DNA from: Clostridia bacterium
GTDB lineage: Bacteria; Bacillota; Clostridia; Christensenellales; CAG-138
Reading direction: 5' to 3'
NCBI GenBank assembly: GCA_016293975.1
Contig: JAEDCW010000001.1
Span: 24,069 to 88,068 of the forward strand
Length of the DNA: 64,000 nucleotides
Within the stretch, counting starts at the first letter, position 1. Every line of letters begins with the position of its first letter. Below are positions 26,986 to 36,407 of the stretch, one piece after another. Made by a program: the position numbers and the translations under genes. The notes under the pieces are model-generated. The model was not told the DNA's origin. It saw only the letters and a list, made by a program, of their open reading frames with translations, and did not search any database.

Positions 26986-27471
26986 ATGTCAAAGAGTCTC
27001 AAAGCATGGATAAGATGTGCAGTCATTGCCGCTCTGTATGCGGCATTGACTTTTATTATACCCTGGAGCAGCGGTCTGATGCAGCTTAGGGTCTCTGAGG
27101 CATTGTGCGTACTGCCGTTTTACATGCCGGAAGCAACTGCAGGGCTTTTTATCGGCTGTCTCATGGGAAACCTGTTAGCAGGTTGTATACCCATTGACAT
27201 AGCATTCGGAAGCCTTGCAACGCTTGTCGCGGCGCTTGTCACCGCATACATAGCAAAAAAGGGCGGTTCAAAATGGTTGCTTCCCCTACCCTCTGTCGTC
27301 ATAAATGCGCTCGTTGTCGGAGCGGTACTCTGTTATGGCTACGGTGTTGGTGTGCCGTACTATCTGTGTGCCACATATGTATTCATCGGACAGGCGCTCT
27401 CCTGCTACGGCTTGGGAATGCCGCTGTTCTTTGCGCTTAAAAAGCTTCCCGCCAACTTGTACAAAGGCTGA
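26986..27471 (+). CDS. queT: QueT-family queuosine-precursor transporter (ECF S-component-like)
   Basis: LRVSEALCVLPF..GLFIGCLMGNLL..DIAFGSLATLVAA are signature QueT segments. Confidence 0.75.
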   Translation: MSKSLKAWIRCAVIAALYAALTFIIPWSSGLMQLRVSEALCVLPFYMPEATAGLFIGCLMGNLLAGCIPIDIAFGSLATLVAALVTAYIAKKGGSKWLLPLPSVVINALVVGAVLCYGYGVGVPYYLCATYVFIGQALSCYGLGMPLFFALKKLPANLYKG

Positions 27472-27540
27472 TACAACGCTCAATATCGATGTTGTCGGGT
27501 GTTGCAGCGCCTTTATTTATGCGCATACTAAACGAATTCC

Positions 27541-28779
27541 TCAATCGAGATAATATCTCGGGTTGTACGCTCTGCCGCTTATTCTCAATTCAAAATGCAG
27601 ATGTGGAGTATCGCAGTTGCCGGTATTGCCCACGGTACCTATGACTGCACCTGCTTGCACCTCGTCACCCACGCTCACCGATATCTCGTTTAAGTGGGCA
27701 TATCTCGTCGTAAAGCCGTTGCCGTGGTCAATCTCGACTACAAGCCCATAGCCGCCCCTCTCGGTTGCGCATATGCACACGCCGCCGCTCGACGCGACAA
27801 CGGACGTTCCCGCCTCCGCCTCATAATCGAGTCCCATGTGGAAACCCATGTTATATCTGCCGAAGTTGAGAACGATCTCCCCACTCACAGGCTGTATAAA
27901 TACGAGATCGCCTTGACTTATATCGTGTTCGCCCTCGTATTCTCCGGGCTCGCCGGCCTTAGGCTCGAGCGTGCCCATCCTTATTACCTCGTCTACCCGC
28001 TCTATGAGCGTCTCCTCGGATGAAATCTCCGAGCGGTAGAGCACACCGTTTATGTAAACCAACGACTCTCTGTGCTGTATTGTACCTTCATGCCCAAACG
28101 ATTCGTATATCCGCATACCCTTCAAGAGATTTGGATCGTCTATGTACTTTGTATCGTAAGGTACAAGCGTCGTTGTGATCTGTTCGCTCCTGCTCTCCAC
28201 CTTTAGCGGTGTCTCATCCGATGTCAGCATTATATAAGCCTCGTCACTGCTTATAATCTCGTCATCTTCGTCGGCATCGGCAAACTCCAGATCGTTCAAT
28301 ATGACCGTATGCGCCACATCAGACTGAGTAATAAGCGTGTAGTGTTCCAATACGTCATCTATAACCGATTCCGCCGCTTCCCTGCTTGCAAGCACCGCAA
28401 CAACTTTCCCATCGATGAGTATGCTCGTCTTAATATACCGCACAGGCGCCCATGTAACGTCAGGTGTGTCGGTGGGCGCGGGCGTAATCGTCTGCCCACC
28501 GTGAGCGGACGGCTCCACATTGTCCGCAGGGGCCGCAACCACGTCCGATGTGTCAATATCGGCAAACAGTACTGCAGTTACTATCAGTACGCACATAAAA
28601 ACGGCGACAAGCAACCTTACAAAAAGCTGTATATCGGTAATGCCCTTTCGCATACTCGCATTCACTCGCCTTAAGCGCAGAACTCCACCGTGGGGCACGT
28701 CCCCGGCTGGGTCTTCCGTGCCCGCTGATTTCGCCGTTTCGGGTTCTTTATTGTTGATTTTTTCCTGCAACTCTTCCAT
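27541..28779 (-). CDS. M23-family peptidoglycan metalloendopeptidase, membrane-anchored
   Basis: N-terminal TM. The C-terminus carries HMGLDYEA (HxxxD) and TPHLHFELR (HxH). Confidence 0.85.
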   Translation of the reverse strand: MEELQEKINNKEPETAKSAGTEDPAGDVPHGGVLRLRRVNASMRKGITDIQLFVRLLVAVFMCVLIVTAVLFADIDTSDVVAAPADNVEPSAHGGQTITPAPTDTPDVTWAPVRYIKTSILIDGKVVAVLASREAAESVIDDVLEHYTLITQSDVAHTVILNDLEFADADEDDEIISSDEAYIMLTSDETPLKVESRSEQITTTLVPYDTKYIDDPNLLKGMRIYESFGHEGTIQHRESLVYINGVLYRSEISSEETLIERVDEVIRMGTLEPKAGEPGEYEGEHDISQGDLVFIQPVSGEIVLNFGRYNMGFHMGLDYEAEAGTSVVASSGGVCICATERGGYGLVVEIDHGNGFTTRYAHLNEISVSVGDEVQAGAVIGTVGNTGNCDTPHLHFELRISGRAYNPRYYLD

Positions 28780-28813
28780 ACAGGGATTATACCATAGAAC
28801 CTTGCGTTAGTAT

Positions 28814-30424
28814 CTACAGAATTCTGTAAGCCACATAGAAGTACGTCCTCCAGTAATCCGTGAGGAAGGTTCTCTCGACGACCTTTCCGCGGTTCGCAGA
28901 TGCATCTATCATCATTGAACTCGATGAGGCAATGCCAACGTGTCCCTGCGTTTCGGACATCTTGAATACGAGTACGTCGCCCGCCTTTACCTTGTCTATC
29001 GATGTGATCCTCTGGTACTGGGTCACGTTTCTCCATCCCCTCGAAGTGAGATAAGGCTGTGAAATTCCGGTCTTATTGAGCACCCAGTACACGAATCCGG
29101 AGCAGTCGAATGTATTTGGGCCCTTTCCTCCGAGTACGTATTTTGCACCTTTTTTGGAACGAGCTATCTTGATCATCTTGCTCACGCTCGGACCCTCGCT
29201 CGGCTGACTACCCGTGCCTCCGCCCGAACCGCCGCCTGTGCCACCGATTGTATAGTTTGAGCCCGGCCCTTTGGGATCCGTTCCGGTAAGCTTGTTCATA
29301 GTCTGCTTACCGACCTTTCCGTCGACGGTAAGACTGTTCCTGCGCTGGAACTCTCTTACCGCGACCTCGGTAACAGAACCGAAGTAACCTGTGCAGTGTG
29401 AGTTGTAAAGATAATCGAGGCCCTTCAGTATTATCTGTACGCGCCTTACGTCATCTCCGCTCATGCCTACCATAAGTGCATTTGCCTGTGCGTTGCCCGA
29501 TGTAAGCACCTCTCTCGTCTGAGGCCCCAGATATCCGTCGGGAATGAGGCTGTTTCTCTCCTGAAAACGTTTGACAGCCGCCACAGTATCTTCGCCGTAA
29601 ACGCCGTCGGGTTTGGTCGTAAGATAGCCCAGCTTCTTAAGTATCTCCTGATACTTCAAAACCGCATCACTGCGCGAACCCATGTAATAGAAATTCGCCT
29701 TTGCATCTGAGCTGTAGAGCGCTTCCTTTGTTTCTACTCCGACTTTGCCGTCGACCGTAAGCCCATTATTCTTCTGGAAGAGCTTTACCGCGGCAAGCGT
29801 ATCTGACCCGAAATAGCCGGTAACATCCGAAATATAGTCTAATTCGCGCAGCCTATACTGTATCTCGGTAATATCAGTTCCCTCATCTCCCACAGTCGCC
29901 ATGTATTTCAACGCGTCCGACGACATAAGCTTGTCGTAGCATTCTTGAGTGAGAATACCGTTTGCCTCCAGATCGCTTCTTTTCTGGAAAAGTGTAAGCG
30001 CCTCCTCTGTCGCAGGGCCAAAAAGGCTCGTAGGTTCATCCGTATCCATGTAGCAGAGGCTCATGAGCCTGCTCTGCACAATAGGTATCAACTCTTCGTC
30101 TGTATCTCCCCTTACGATATACAGGGGAGGCTCGGTAGGCTGCGGTTCAACTTCATTCACGCGGCTTCCCGCTGTATCGTCCTGTGCACCCGTTTGTTCA
30201 TCCACGTCGGGAGTATCAAAACTCAGATATGACGGGTTGTCTATCGATGCCCCTTTACTCGTACTATTGGGTATCGCAAACATAAGTACCGCAGTCAGCA
30301 CCAGAGATAAAACACCCACACCTATGCACATAAGCGTGCGGAGTTTTTGCGCCTTAAGCCATTCAGCAGCCTTTTTCGCGCTGTCAGAGACCGCTGTGCC
30401 GGCTTTTTTCAAGAAATCTCCCAT
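28814..30424 (-). CDS. Cell-wall hydrolase: four PG_binding_1 repeats plus a C-terminal NlpC/P60 domain
   Basis: Four repeats of type FQ(K/R)xNxLxxDGxxGxxT. A Gly-rich linker follows, then CSGFVYWVL..GHVGIA (Cys/His catalytic pair). An N-terminal TM anchor is present. Confidence 0.85.
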   Translation of the reverse strand: MGDFLKKAGTAVSDSAKKAAEWLKAQKLRTLMCIGVGVLSLVLTAVLMFAIPNSTSKGASIDNPSYLSFDTPDVDEQTGAQDDTAGSRVNEVEPQPTEPPLYIVRGDTDEELIPIVQSRLMSLCYMDTDEPTSLFGPATEEALTLFQKRSDLEANGILTQECYDKLMSSDALKYMATVGDEGTDITEIQYRLRELDYISDVTGYFGSDTLAAVKLFQKNNGLTVDGKVGVETKEALYSSDAKANFYYMGSRSDAVLKYQEILKKLGYLTTKPDGVYGEDTVAAVKRFQERNSLIPDGYLGPQTREVLTSGNAQANALMVGMSGDDVRRVQIILKGLDYLYNSHCTGYFGSVTEVAVREFQRRNSLTVDGKVGKQTMNKLTGTDPKGPGSNYTIGGTGGGSGGGTGSQPSEGPSVSKMIKIARSKKGAKYVLGGKGPNTFDCSGFVYWVLNKTGISQPYLTSRGWRNVTQYQRITSIDKVKAGDVLVFKMSETQGHVGIASSSSMMIDASANRGKVVERTFLTDYWRTYFYVAYRIL

Positions 30425-30502
30425 GGTGTCTCCTTCGTTTAGATTTTGACTGATTATAGCACATTTTTTCCCGTAACAATTGAACAGAAAGTAAACTTTT
30501 GA

Positions 30503-31015
30503 TTATTTGCTCGGTAAAATATGCCTTATTTGATGTCCCATTGTAAGTATAACCTGTTTAAGGTCTGCGGTTTTCAATTTCAACGACGCCGTGCTCACCA
30601 TGGGATGTACACAGATATATTCGTAATCGTCGAGGTCATCGTCATAACATATACATACCCTTTTGTCGGTATCGTAATATGCCGCAAGCGGAGTTATCGC
30701 GCCTGCCGTTGCATTCAAAAGCTCGTGGAGCTTATCGTCCGTGCCGAAGCTTAAACGCGATACGCCGAGCTGTTTACTTACCTCCGCCGTTCTAAAGCGC
30801 TTATTCGGGTCTATCAGCACTAAGAAAAACTCCGTCCCCTGCCTGTTTGTCAAAAAAAGATTCTTGCAGTGAGGTGCGCCAGTCAGCTTGTCCGCCTCCT
30901 CACAAAGCTCCATGGTGACACAGGGCTCATGATTATAAAGCTCGTAGCTTATTCCTATGTCGTTGAGATATTTCTGTACCTGTATCTGTCTTTCGTCCAT
31001 AATCATCATTATCAC
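30503..31015 (-). CDS. YbaK/ProX-type aminoacyl-tRNA editing domain protein
   Basis: HCKNLFLTNRQG..FLVL..GAITPL matches the YbaK/ProRS-associated domain. The exact ATG within MIMMIM is uncertain. Confidence 0.65.
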   Translation of the reverse strand: MIMMIMDERQIQVQKYLNDIGISYELYNHEPCVTMELCEEADKLTGAPHCKNLFLTNRQGTEFFLVLIDPNKRFRTAEVSKQLGVSRLSFGTDDKLHELLNATAGAITPLAAYYDTDKRVCICYDDDLDDYEYICVHPMVSTASLKLKTADLKQVILTMGHQIRHILPSK

Positions 31016-31018
31016 TCA

Positions 31019-31501
31019 TTACTTATGGTAGGGTTCGTTCAAGTTGATCTTAAACGCCCTGTAAAGCTGTTCAAGCAGCATTATTCTGAAGAGCTGATGG
31101 GTAAACGTCAGCTTTGAGAAGCTCAGCTTAAAGTCCGCGCGCTTTAACACCTCGTCGGACAGACCCAGCGACCCTCCTATGGCAAATGCCAATCTGCTCT
31201 TTCCCTCCGTCATGAGCGCATCTATTCTCTGGGCGAGCTGTTCGCTTGAAAGCGATTGCCCATCTATAGCTGTCGCAATGAGGTATTCCCCGTCTGTCAG
31301 CCTTTCGAGTATGCGCTTGCCCTCCCTCGCCTTTAGCTGTTCCCTCTGTGTATCCGAGAGCTGTTCGGGAGCCTTCTCGTCCGTAATCTCTGCTATCTCA
31401 AGCTTACAGTAACGTGAAAGCCGCTTTGTTAGCTCGTCCACCGCCTGCGAATAGAATTTCTCTTTGAGTTTGCCTACGCAAATGATCTTTACCGCGATCA
31501 T
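31019..31501 (-). CDS. rlmH: 23S rRNA (pseudouridine1915-N3)-methyltransferase
   Basis: MIAVKIICVGKLKEKFY...LAFAIGGSLGLS...FTHQLFRIMLLEQLYRAF is a typical SPOUT RlmH. The start at 31501 overlaps the CPBP gene stop. Confidence 0.9.
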   Translation of the reverse strand: MIAVKIICVGKLKEKFYSQAVDELTKRLSRYCKLEIAEITDEKAPEQLSDTQREQLKAREGKRILERLTDGEYLIATAIDGQSLSSEQLAQRIDALMTEGKSRLAFAIGGSLGLSDEVLKRADFKLSFSKLTFTHQLFRIMLLEQLYRAFKINLNEPYHK

Positions 31502-32475
31502 AGCTGTACAAACGAGAACAGAAACATAGCCACGTTCGCTATGACGAGCACAGCCGCAGTGCATATCATTATATTCCGTGCAGGCGCGCTTAGCTTCGTC
31601 TGCTCGGGTTCAATATCGATAATAGGTGTCTCACCGCTCTCTATATATGCCAGCCTCTTCTCATATGTCCGCTTTTTCGCGATACCCTTTATTGCAAAGA
31701 ACGAGGGTGCGGCGATTATCGCGCCTATAACCATGTAGATGACACCCATCAAAAGCAGTGTCCCTATGTCGACCTGTTCAACAGCCTGTGCGGTCTCCAC
31801 AAGATCGACCAAATCGGAGTTTGACGCAAGTGACAACAGCGATATCGAGATAAAATTGTTGACAAAATGCACTATAATGGCGGGAATGACCGATTTCGTA
31901 TCGTACATGAGCGCCGCCATTATTGCGCCGAGTACGAAGAATGACGGTATCGACGAGGGTGTGATGTGCATTAGCGCAAAGAGCATACCCGAAAGCATTA
32001 TGACCTTTTTTCTGCCTATGTGCCTCCACGATGTCACAAGCACCGACCTGAACATAGTCTCCTCGCAGACCGCCGGAAATACACACATGAGCACGACGAG
32101 AAGCATATACTGCCCCAGTCCGGCTGCGCCCTCTATCCCCTGTGAGTATATCTCGGAGTTTGCACCAAGCGTCTCCATAAGTGCAGTTGTAAAGGCGTTT
32201 ATTCCCGTGCTTATAAAAAACGCGCCCACGCCTAGCGCAATGCTTATGAGTATCGTAGACACACCGGGCGATATAAAGCCAAAATCCCTCGGGTTATTGC
32301 CCTTTATGGCAAACAGCGCCGGTAAAAGCAACGAAACGACGCTTATAAGCAAAGTCGATATCACCAAAAGCCATATGTAGTCCATATTCACGAATGCAAC
32401 CGACACTAACTGCATTATAAAGAAAAGCGCGACGCTGAGCGCCAGCATTAGACTTGCTTTATATTCCCTGCTCAT
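31498..32475 (-). CDS. CPBP-family intramembrane glutamic endopeptidase
   Basis: Motifs EETMFRSVL, FALMH and HFVNN in a polytopic protein. Confidence 0.8.
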   Translation of the reverse strand: MSREYKASLMLALSVALFFIMQLVSVAFVNMDYIWLLVISTLLISVVSLLLPALFAIKGNNPRDFGFISPGVSTILISIALGVGAFFISTGINAFTTALMETLGANSEIYSQGIEGAAGLGQYMLLVVLMCVFPAVCEETMFRSVLVTSWRHIGRKKVIMLSGMLFALMHITPSSIPSFFVLGAIMAALMYDTKSVIPAIIVHFVNNFISISLLSLASNSDLVDLVETAQAVEQVDIGTLLLMGVIYMVIGAIIAAPSFFAIKGIAKKRTYEKRLAYIESGETPIIDIEPEQTKLSAPARNIMICTAAVLVIANVAMFLFSFVQL

Positions 32476-33269
32476 TTTCCCTCCGAAATCTCATATATTG
32501 CGCCTATCCTGTCCCTGTGGGCGATAGACACGTCGAGCATATTCTCATATATGCCGTCCGAATTAAGTATACCCCTAACGGTCTCATAGGCGAGCGGCTC
32601 AAGATTGTTGTCAAGGCTCAGATGCCCCAGCACCGCCGTCTTTAGCCCGTTTCTGAATAGCTTTGTGAGCGCGATGCCGCAGTCGCCGTTTGACAGATGC
32701 CCGTTTTCACCCAGTATCCTTCGCTTTAGCGGATATGGATATCCCCCCGCCTTGAGCATCTCTACATCGTGGTTTGACTCTATAAGCACGAGCGAAGAGC
32801 CGCAAAGTGCGTTTATAAGCCTCGCGTCAACGTGGCCGATATCCGTCACAGTGCTCATCTGAGCGCACTTTGAATAAAACGTATAACCCACTGACTCCGC
32901 CGCGTCATGAGGTGTGCGGAAGGGCAGTATGTTCATGTCATTTATATAAAAATCCGTGTCCGAGGTTATTATTCTCACACACTCGTCGGGTACCTTGCCT
33001 ATGGATTCGGGCATCGCGCGCCATGTCGCCTCGTTTGCATATATCGGGACGGAATACTTTCTCGCCAGCACTCCTATTCCCTTGACATGGTCTATATGCT
33101 CATGCGTCACGAGTACACCGTCGAGCGCATCTGGCGTCATATCGAGCACAGAAAGCGCATTCACTATAGTCTTTGCGCTGAGACCCGCATCGACCAGCAC
33201 CCTCGTCTTATCATCCCACACGAGCGAAGCATTGCCCGAGGAGCCGCTATATAGCGGACAAAACCTCAT
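32472..33269 (-). CDS. MBL-fold metallo-hydrolase (YycJ/WalJ-like)
   Basis: SGSSGNASL..LVTHEHIDHVKG. Confidence 0.8.
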   Translation of the reverse strand: MRFCPLYSGSSGNASLVWDDKTRVLVDAGLSAKTIVNALSVLDMTPDALDGVLVTHEHIDHVKGIGVLARKYSVPIYANEATWRAMPESIGKVPDECVRIITSDTDFYINDMNILPFRTPHDAAESVGYTFYSKCAQMSTVTDIGHVDARLINALCGSSLVLIESNHDVEMLKAGGYPYPLKRRILGENGHLSNGDCGIALTKLFRNGLKTAVLGHLSLDNNLEPLAYETVRGILNSDGIYENMLDVSIAHRDRIGAIYEISEGK

Positions 33270-33478
33270 GTTTACCTTATCCCCTTCATAAATCGTACTG
33301 ATTATTATACTCCATGCACAGCATTAAGGCAAATGCATCGTGCGGTCAAGGTATTTGCGTTTTGCCCGCATTAACGCTCGGTATATTTATCCGCCGGTTT
33401 TACAAAGCTATTGTAGAAAAAGGAGTCAAAATGGTGTAAACTATGAAAAACTCAAGGAGCGTTTGAGCTATTCAAACC

Positions 33479-34117
33479 GTGAAAAGAATGATCATTGTCG
33501 GAATATGCGGAGCGAGCGGAAGCGGAAAGAGTACGCTTGCCAATAGAATTAAAGATTCGCTTACTTGTGAGTCAAGAATAATCGGACAAGACGGTTATTA
33601 CAGGGACCATTCGTCTCTGCCGTTTGAGAGGCGCGTACACATCAACTACGATGCTCCAGAGGTGTTCGACCACGATGAACTGCTCGCAGATATAGTGACA
33701 CTCAGCAACGGCGGCTGTATAACGACAAAGGGCTACGACTATTCTCAGCACATGAGGGCGGACTCCCCCGAGCTTATATCTCCTCCCGATGTGCTGATAC
33801 TTGAGGGCATACACATTTTCCATGACAGAAGGCTCTGCAAGCTCATGTCTCTAAAAGTTTATATGCACGTCGATATAGATGTCTGTCTGCTCAGACGAAT
33901 CCAAAGGGATATAGTCACCAGGGGAAGGTCTATAGACAGCATCGCAGACCAATACATGGCAACCGTAAAGCCCATGTACGAAGAGTATGTAAGTAAATAC
34001 ATAAAGGACGCCGATTTCGCTGTAATGAGGGGTGGACACAACAGCACTGCAATAGATGCCATAAGCGCGTATATTTCCGCAAAGCTTCTGGCAGAAAGAT
34101 TTGAAAAAGAAAATTAA
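33479..34117 (+). CDS. udk: Uridine kinase
   Basis: P-loop GICGASGSGKST, and YDAPEVFDHD..LEGIH. The start is either GTG at 33479 or ATG at 33488. Confidence 0.9.
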   Translation: MKRMIIVGICGASGSGKSTLANRIKDSLTCESRIIGQDGYYRDHSSLPFERRVHINYDAPEVFDHDELLADIVTLSNGGCITTKGYDYSQHMRADSPELISPPDVLILEGIHIFHDRRLCKLMSLKVYMHVDIDVCLLRRIQRDIVTRGRSIDSIADQYMATVKPMYEEYVSKYIKDADFAVMRGGHNSTAIDAISAYISAKLLAERFEKEN

Positions 34118-34222
34118 AAAAGTTTTATAATTACGCAACCTTTTGATCGATACCTGCGTATTATAGACAAATATCCCAAGTAGGTCTTTTCCCCTCCTTT
34201 CTACCTACAAAGTATCAACTAA

Positions 34223-34259
34223 AAAACACTGCTGCTTGCTGACTGGGCGGCAGTGTTTT
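34223..34259. terminator. Bidirectional terminator between udk and psuK
   Basis: AAAACACTGC-N17-GCAGTGTTTT. Confidence 0.7.
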
Positions 34260-34270
34260 ATTAGCTTTAC

Positions 34271-35182
34271 CTATTCGTGCAATGCTCTTCTCAGCACGCC
34301 CTCAAACGAAAGACTCTCGTTTACCGACATTGGACTTTCCATGCATATAGCTGCGGCGGTTTGAGCAAATTTTAGCCTCTCCCTTGCGGACATACCATGC
34401 AGATACGATACGACAAGCGCCGCACTCATGCAGTCGCCCGCTCCCGTTGCGTTTACGATATTACACGGCTGCACATCCAGAAACTCACATTCGTCTCGCG
34501 AACAAAACAGGGCCCCCGATGCTCCCATAGAGATGCAGACATCCGATGCGCCCTTTTCTATTATCTCTTTTGCTGCGGCTACAGCACCATCTTTATCGCA
34601 TACCTCGCGGTCGCAGAGCGCACCTGCCTCAAGTATGTTGGGCTTCAAGTGGATTCCAAACTGCAGTGCGTCCCTTACCCTTAACGCCTTTTCGGCAGAA
34701 ACCGTGTCGACAAACACAGGGCCTTTGCTCAACAATGCCGCATACGCTATCGTCTTTGAGTCGATATTTGCATCAATCACTACGGCGGCGGCTTTTTTTA
34801 TAACCTCAGCGTACCTCGCCACATACGCCCTGTCTATGAGCTCGCATACTCCCATGTCATTTATCGCAAGCCTCATATCCCCAAGCTCATCCTCTATATA
34901 GAGATACGTGGCGGTACGCTCACCCCTGACTGCACGGGTTATGTCTATGCCGCTATTTTTACAGACGCCTTCTATAATGGTAGAATCACCGTCGCATCCC
35001 AAGGCGGTAAGCATTACCACCTGCTCGCCCAAAAGGCTTATGTTACGCGCTATATTTAAGCCTACACCCCCCGCAGACCTCGTTATCGTTCCTATGTTGG
35101 AGTCCCTTTCGATGAGTCTGCCTATAGGACAACCTCTTATATCGACATTTGCTCCGCCGATTATCGCTACATATCTTTCCAT
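34271..35182 (-). CDS. psuK: Pseudouridine kinase (PfkB family)
   Basis: Collinear with E. coli YeiC/PsuK: IIGGANVDI, LAINDM, PVFVDTVSAEKALRVRD, LKPN, NATGAGD. The ATG at 35182 follows GGAGGTTTG and shares TGATG with the GNAT stop. Confidence 0.75.
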   Translation of the reverse strand: MERYVAIIGGANVDIRGCPIGRLIERDSNIGTITRSAGGVGLNIARNISLLGEQVVMLTALGCDGDSTIIEGVCKNSGIDITRAVRGERTATYLYIEDELGDMRLAINDMGVCELIDRAYVARYAEVIKKAAAVVIDANIDSKTIAYAALLSKGPVFVDTVSAEKALRVRDALQFGIHLKPNILEAGALCDREVCDKDGAVAAAKEIIEKGASDVCISMGASGALFCSRDECEFLDVQPCNIVNATGAGDCMSAALVVSYLHGMSARERLKFAQTAAAICMESPMSVNESLSFEGVLRRALHE

Positions 35183-35895
35183 CAAACCTCCGGGAAAAGC
35201 CACGCGACTATGTCGGGTGCTGCCACACAATTCATGTGCTTTTGAAGCTGTACGGATCCCTCGTTGCCCATTACCACCTGACCGTAGGGTGTCAGTCCTT
35301 TGCTTAAGTATTTGTTGAACATAAACGCCTCAAGTGCGCTCCCTATTCCCTTGCGCCTGTACTCCGGCAGTACCTCGAGAAATCCTATCGAGCCATCGGA
35401 ATGCGTCCCTATAAAGCCCGCAAGCTCTCCGCAATAGTATGCACCGTACATGCCCGCGCGAAGTCTGTACTTTATATAATCCAGCTCCTCCACCCTGTGG
35501 TAGTGCTTGTGTACATAGTCCAAGTCCTTCATGCGAAGTCTCTTTATCTCGAGATTAGGACGGTCTATCTCGATAGGTCCGCCGAAATAAGCCATTTGCA
35601 TACAGCACTCAAAATACTTCTCATCGATATTGAAATGATCGCGAAGAAATTCTGCCGTCTCCATAGAGTGTGCTATAATGCCGTCATACTTCTCCAGTAT
35701 ATCTATATGTGCCTTAACAAATTCTGCCGAATCCGCCGCAAGCATCGCTATGTTATCTTTTTTGAGCATGAGTATGACTCCGTGCTCATCGGCATAGAAC
35801 ATGGACGCTTTTCCCGATTTAAGCGCGTTTCTCATGTCCACATACTGGACACGATCTCTGTTGAGAAACTCATCGACATAAGCGTTTTCCGACAT
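35182..35895 (-). CDS. GNAT-family N-acetyltransferase
   Basis: C-terminal acetyl-CoA motif VLPEYRRKGIGSAL. Confidence 0.6.
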   Translation of the reverse strand: MSENAYVDEFLNRDRVQYVDMRNALKSGKASMFYADEHGVILMLKKDNIAMLAADSAEFVKAHIDILEKYDGIIAHSMETAEFLRDHFNIDEKYFECCMQMAYFGGPIEIDRPNLEIKRLRMKDLDYVHKHYHRVEELDYIKYRLRAGMYGAYYCGELAGFIGTHSDGSIGFLEVLPEYRRKGIGSALEAFMFNKYLSKGLTPYGQVVMGNEGSVQLQKHMNCVAAPDIVAWLFPEV

Positions 35896-35960
35896 ATTTT
35901 ACATCCTCCGTACGGTTTACATGATAACGCTGTAAATAGACAAAAACAATACGGGAAAAC

Positions 35961-35986
35961 ATAAAAGGACGCTGTTAACGTCCTTT
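35961..35986 (-). terminator. Intrinsic terminator after rpmE
   Basis: AAAGGACG-N7-CGTCCTTT. On the minus strand it is followed by TTATGTTTT. Confidence 0.65.
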
Positions 35987-36007
35987 ATGTCTTGTCTTTG
36001 ACTAAGA

Positions 36008-36217
36008 TTAGTTCTTCTTTCCGATGCCGTAACGCTTGTTGAAACGGTCTACACGTCCGCCTGTATCAACGAGCTTCTGACGGCCCGTATAGAACGGATG
36101 GCACTTGGAGCAGATTTCTACCTTGAGCTCGCCTTTTACCGAGCCGGATACGAAAGTCTCTCCACAAGCACAACGTACAACGCATTCGCCGTACGAGGGA
36201 TGGATGTCCTTCTTCAT
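36008..36217 (-). CDS. rpmE: 50S ribosomal protein L31 (Zn-ribbon type)
   Basis: [32 protein letters not shown]. An alternative ATG lies 6 nt upstream at 36223. Confidence 0.9.
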   Translation of the reverse strand: MKKDIHPSYGECVVRCACGETFVSGSVKGELKVEICSKCHPFYTGRQKLVDTGGRVDRFNKRYGIGKKN

Positions 36218-36331
36218 GTTCATTACTCTCCTATGTTATTTGCTGGGCGCAGGGCGATATGCCGCCCTCCTGCTGCAACGGAGCGCTATAAAAGCGCACC
36301 CCTCGAGCTACAGCAATGCTCGAACTTATAC

Positions 36332-36360
36332 ATTTTATACTGTAACCCGCGTTTTTGCAA
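36332..36360 (-). promoter_or_regulatory. Candidate sigma-A promoter of rpmE
   Basis: Minus strand: TTGCAA-N17-TAAAAT. It leaves a leader of about 100 nt. Confidence 0.55.
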
Positions 36361-36407
36361 TACTTAATTTTGGTATATTACCGAAATTTCTCGCAATTTT
36401 AAGCGTT

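Noticed and set aside
33270-33478. Possible attenuator or uORFs (MV*, MKNSRSV*) and the CTCAA-GGAGCG-TTGAG hairpin upstream of udk
   Set aside because: The hairpin is short and lacks a T-run. I could not recognise a PyrR-type or other known regulatory consensus. The region must also hold the divergent yycJ-like promoter.
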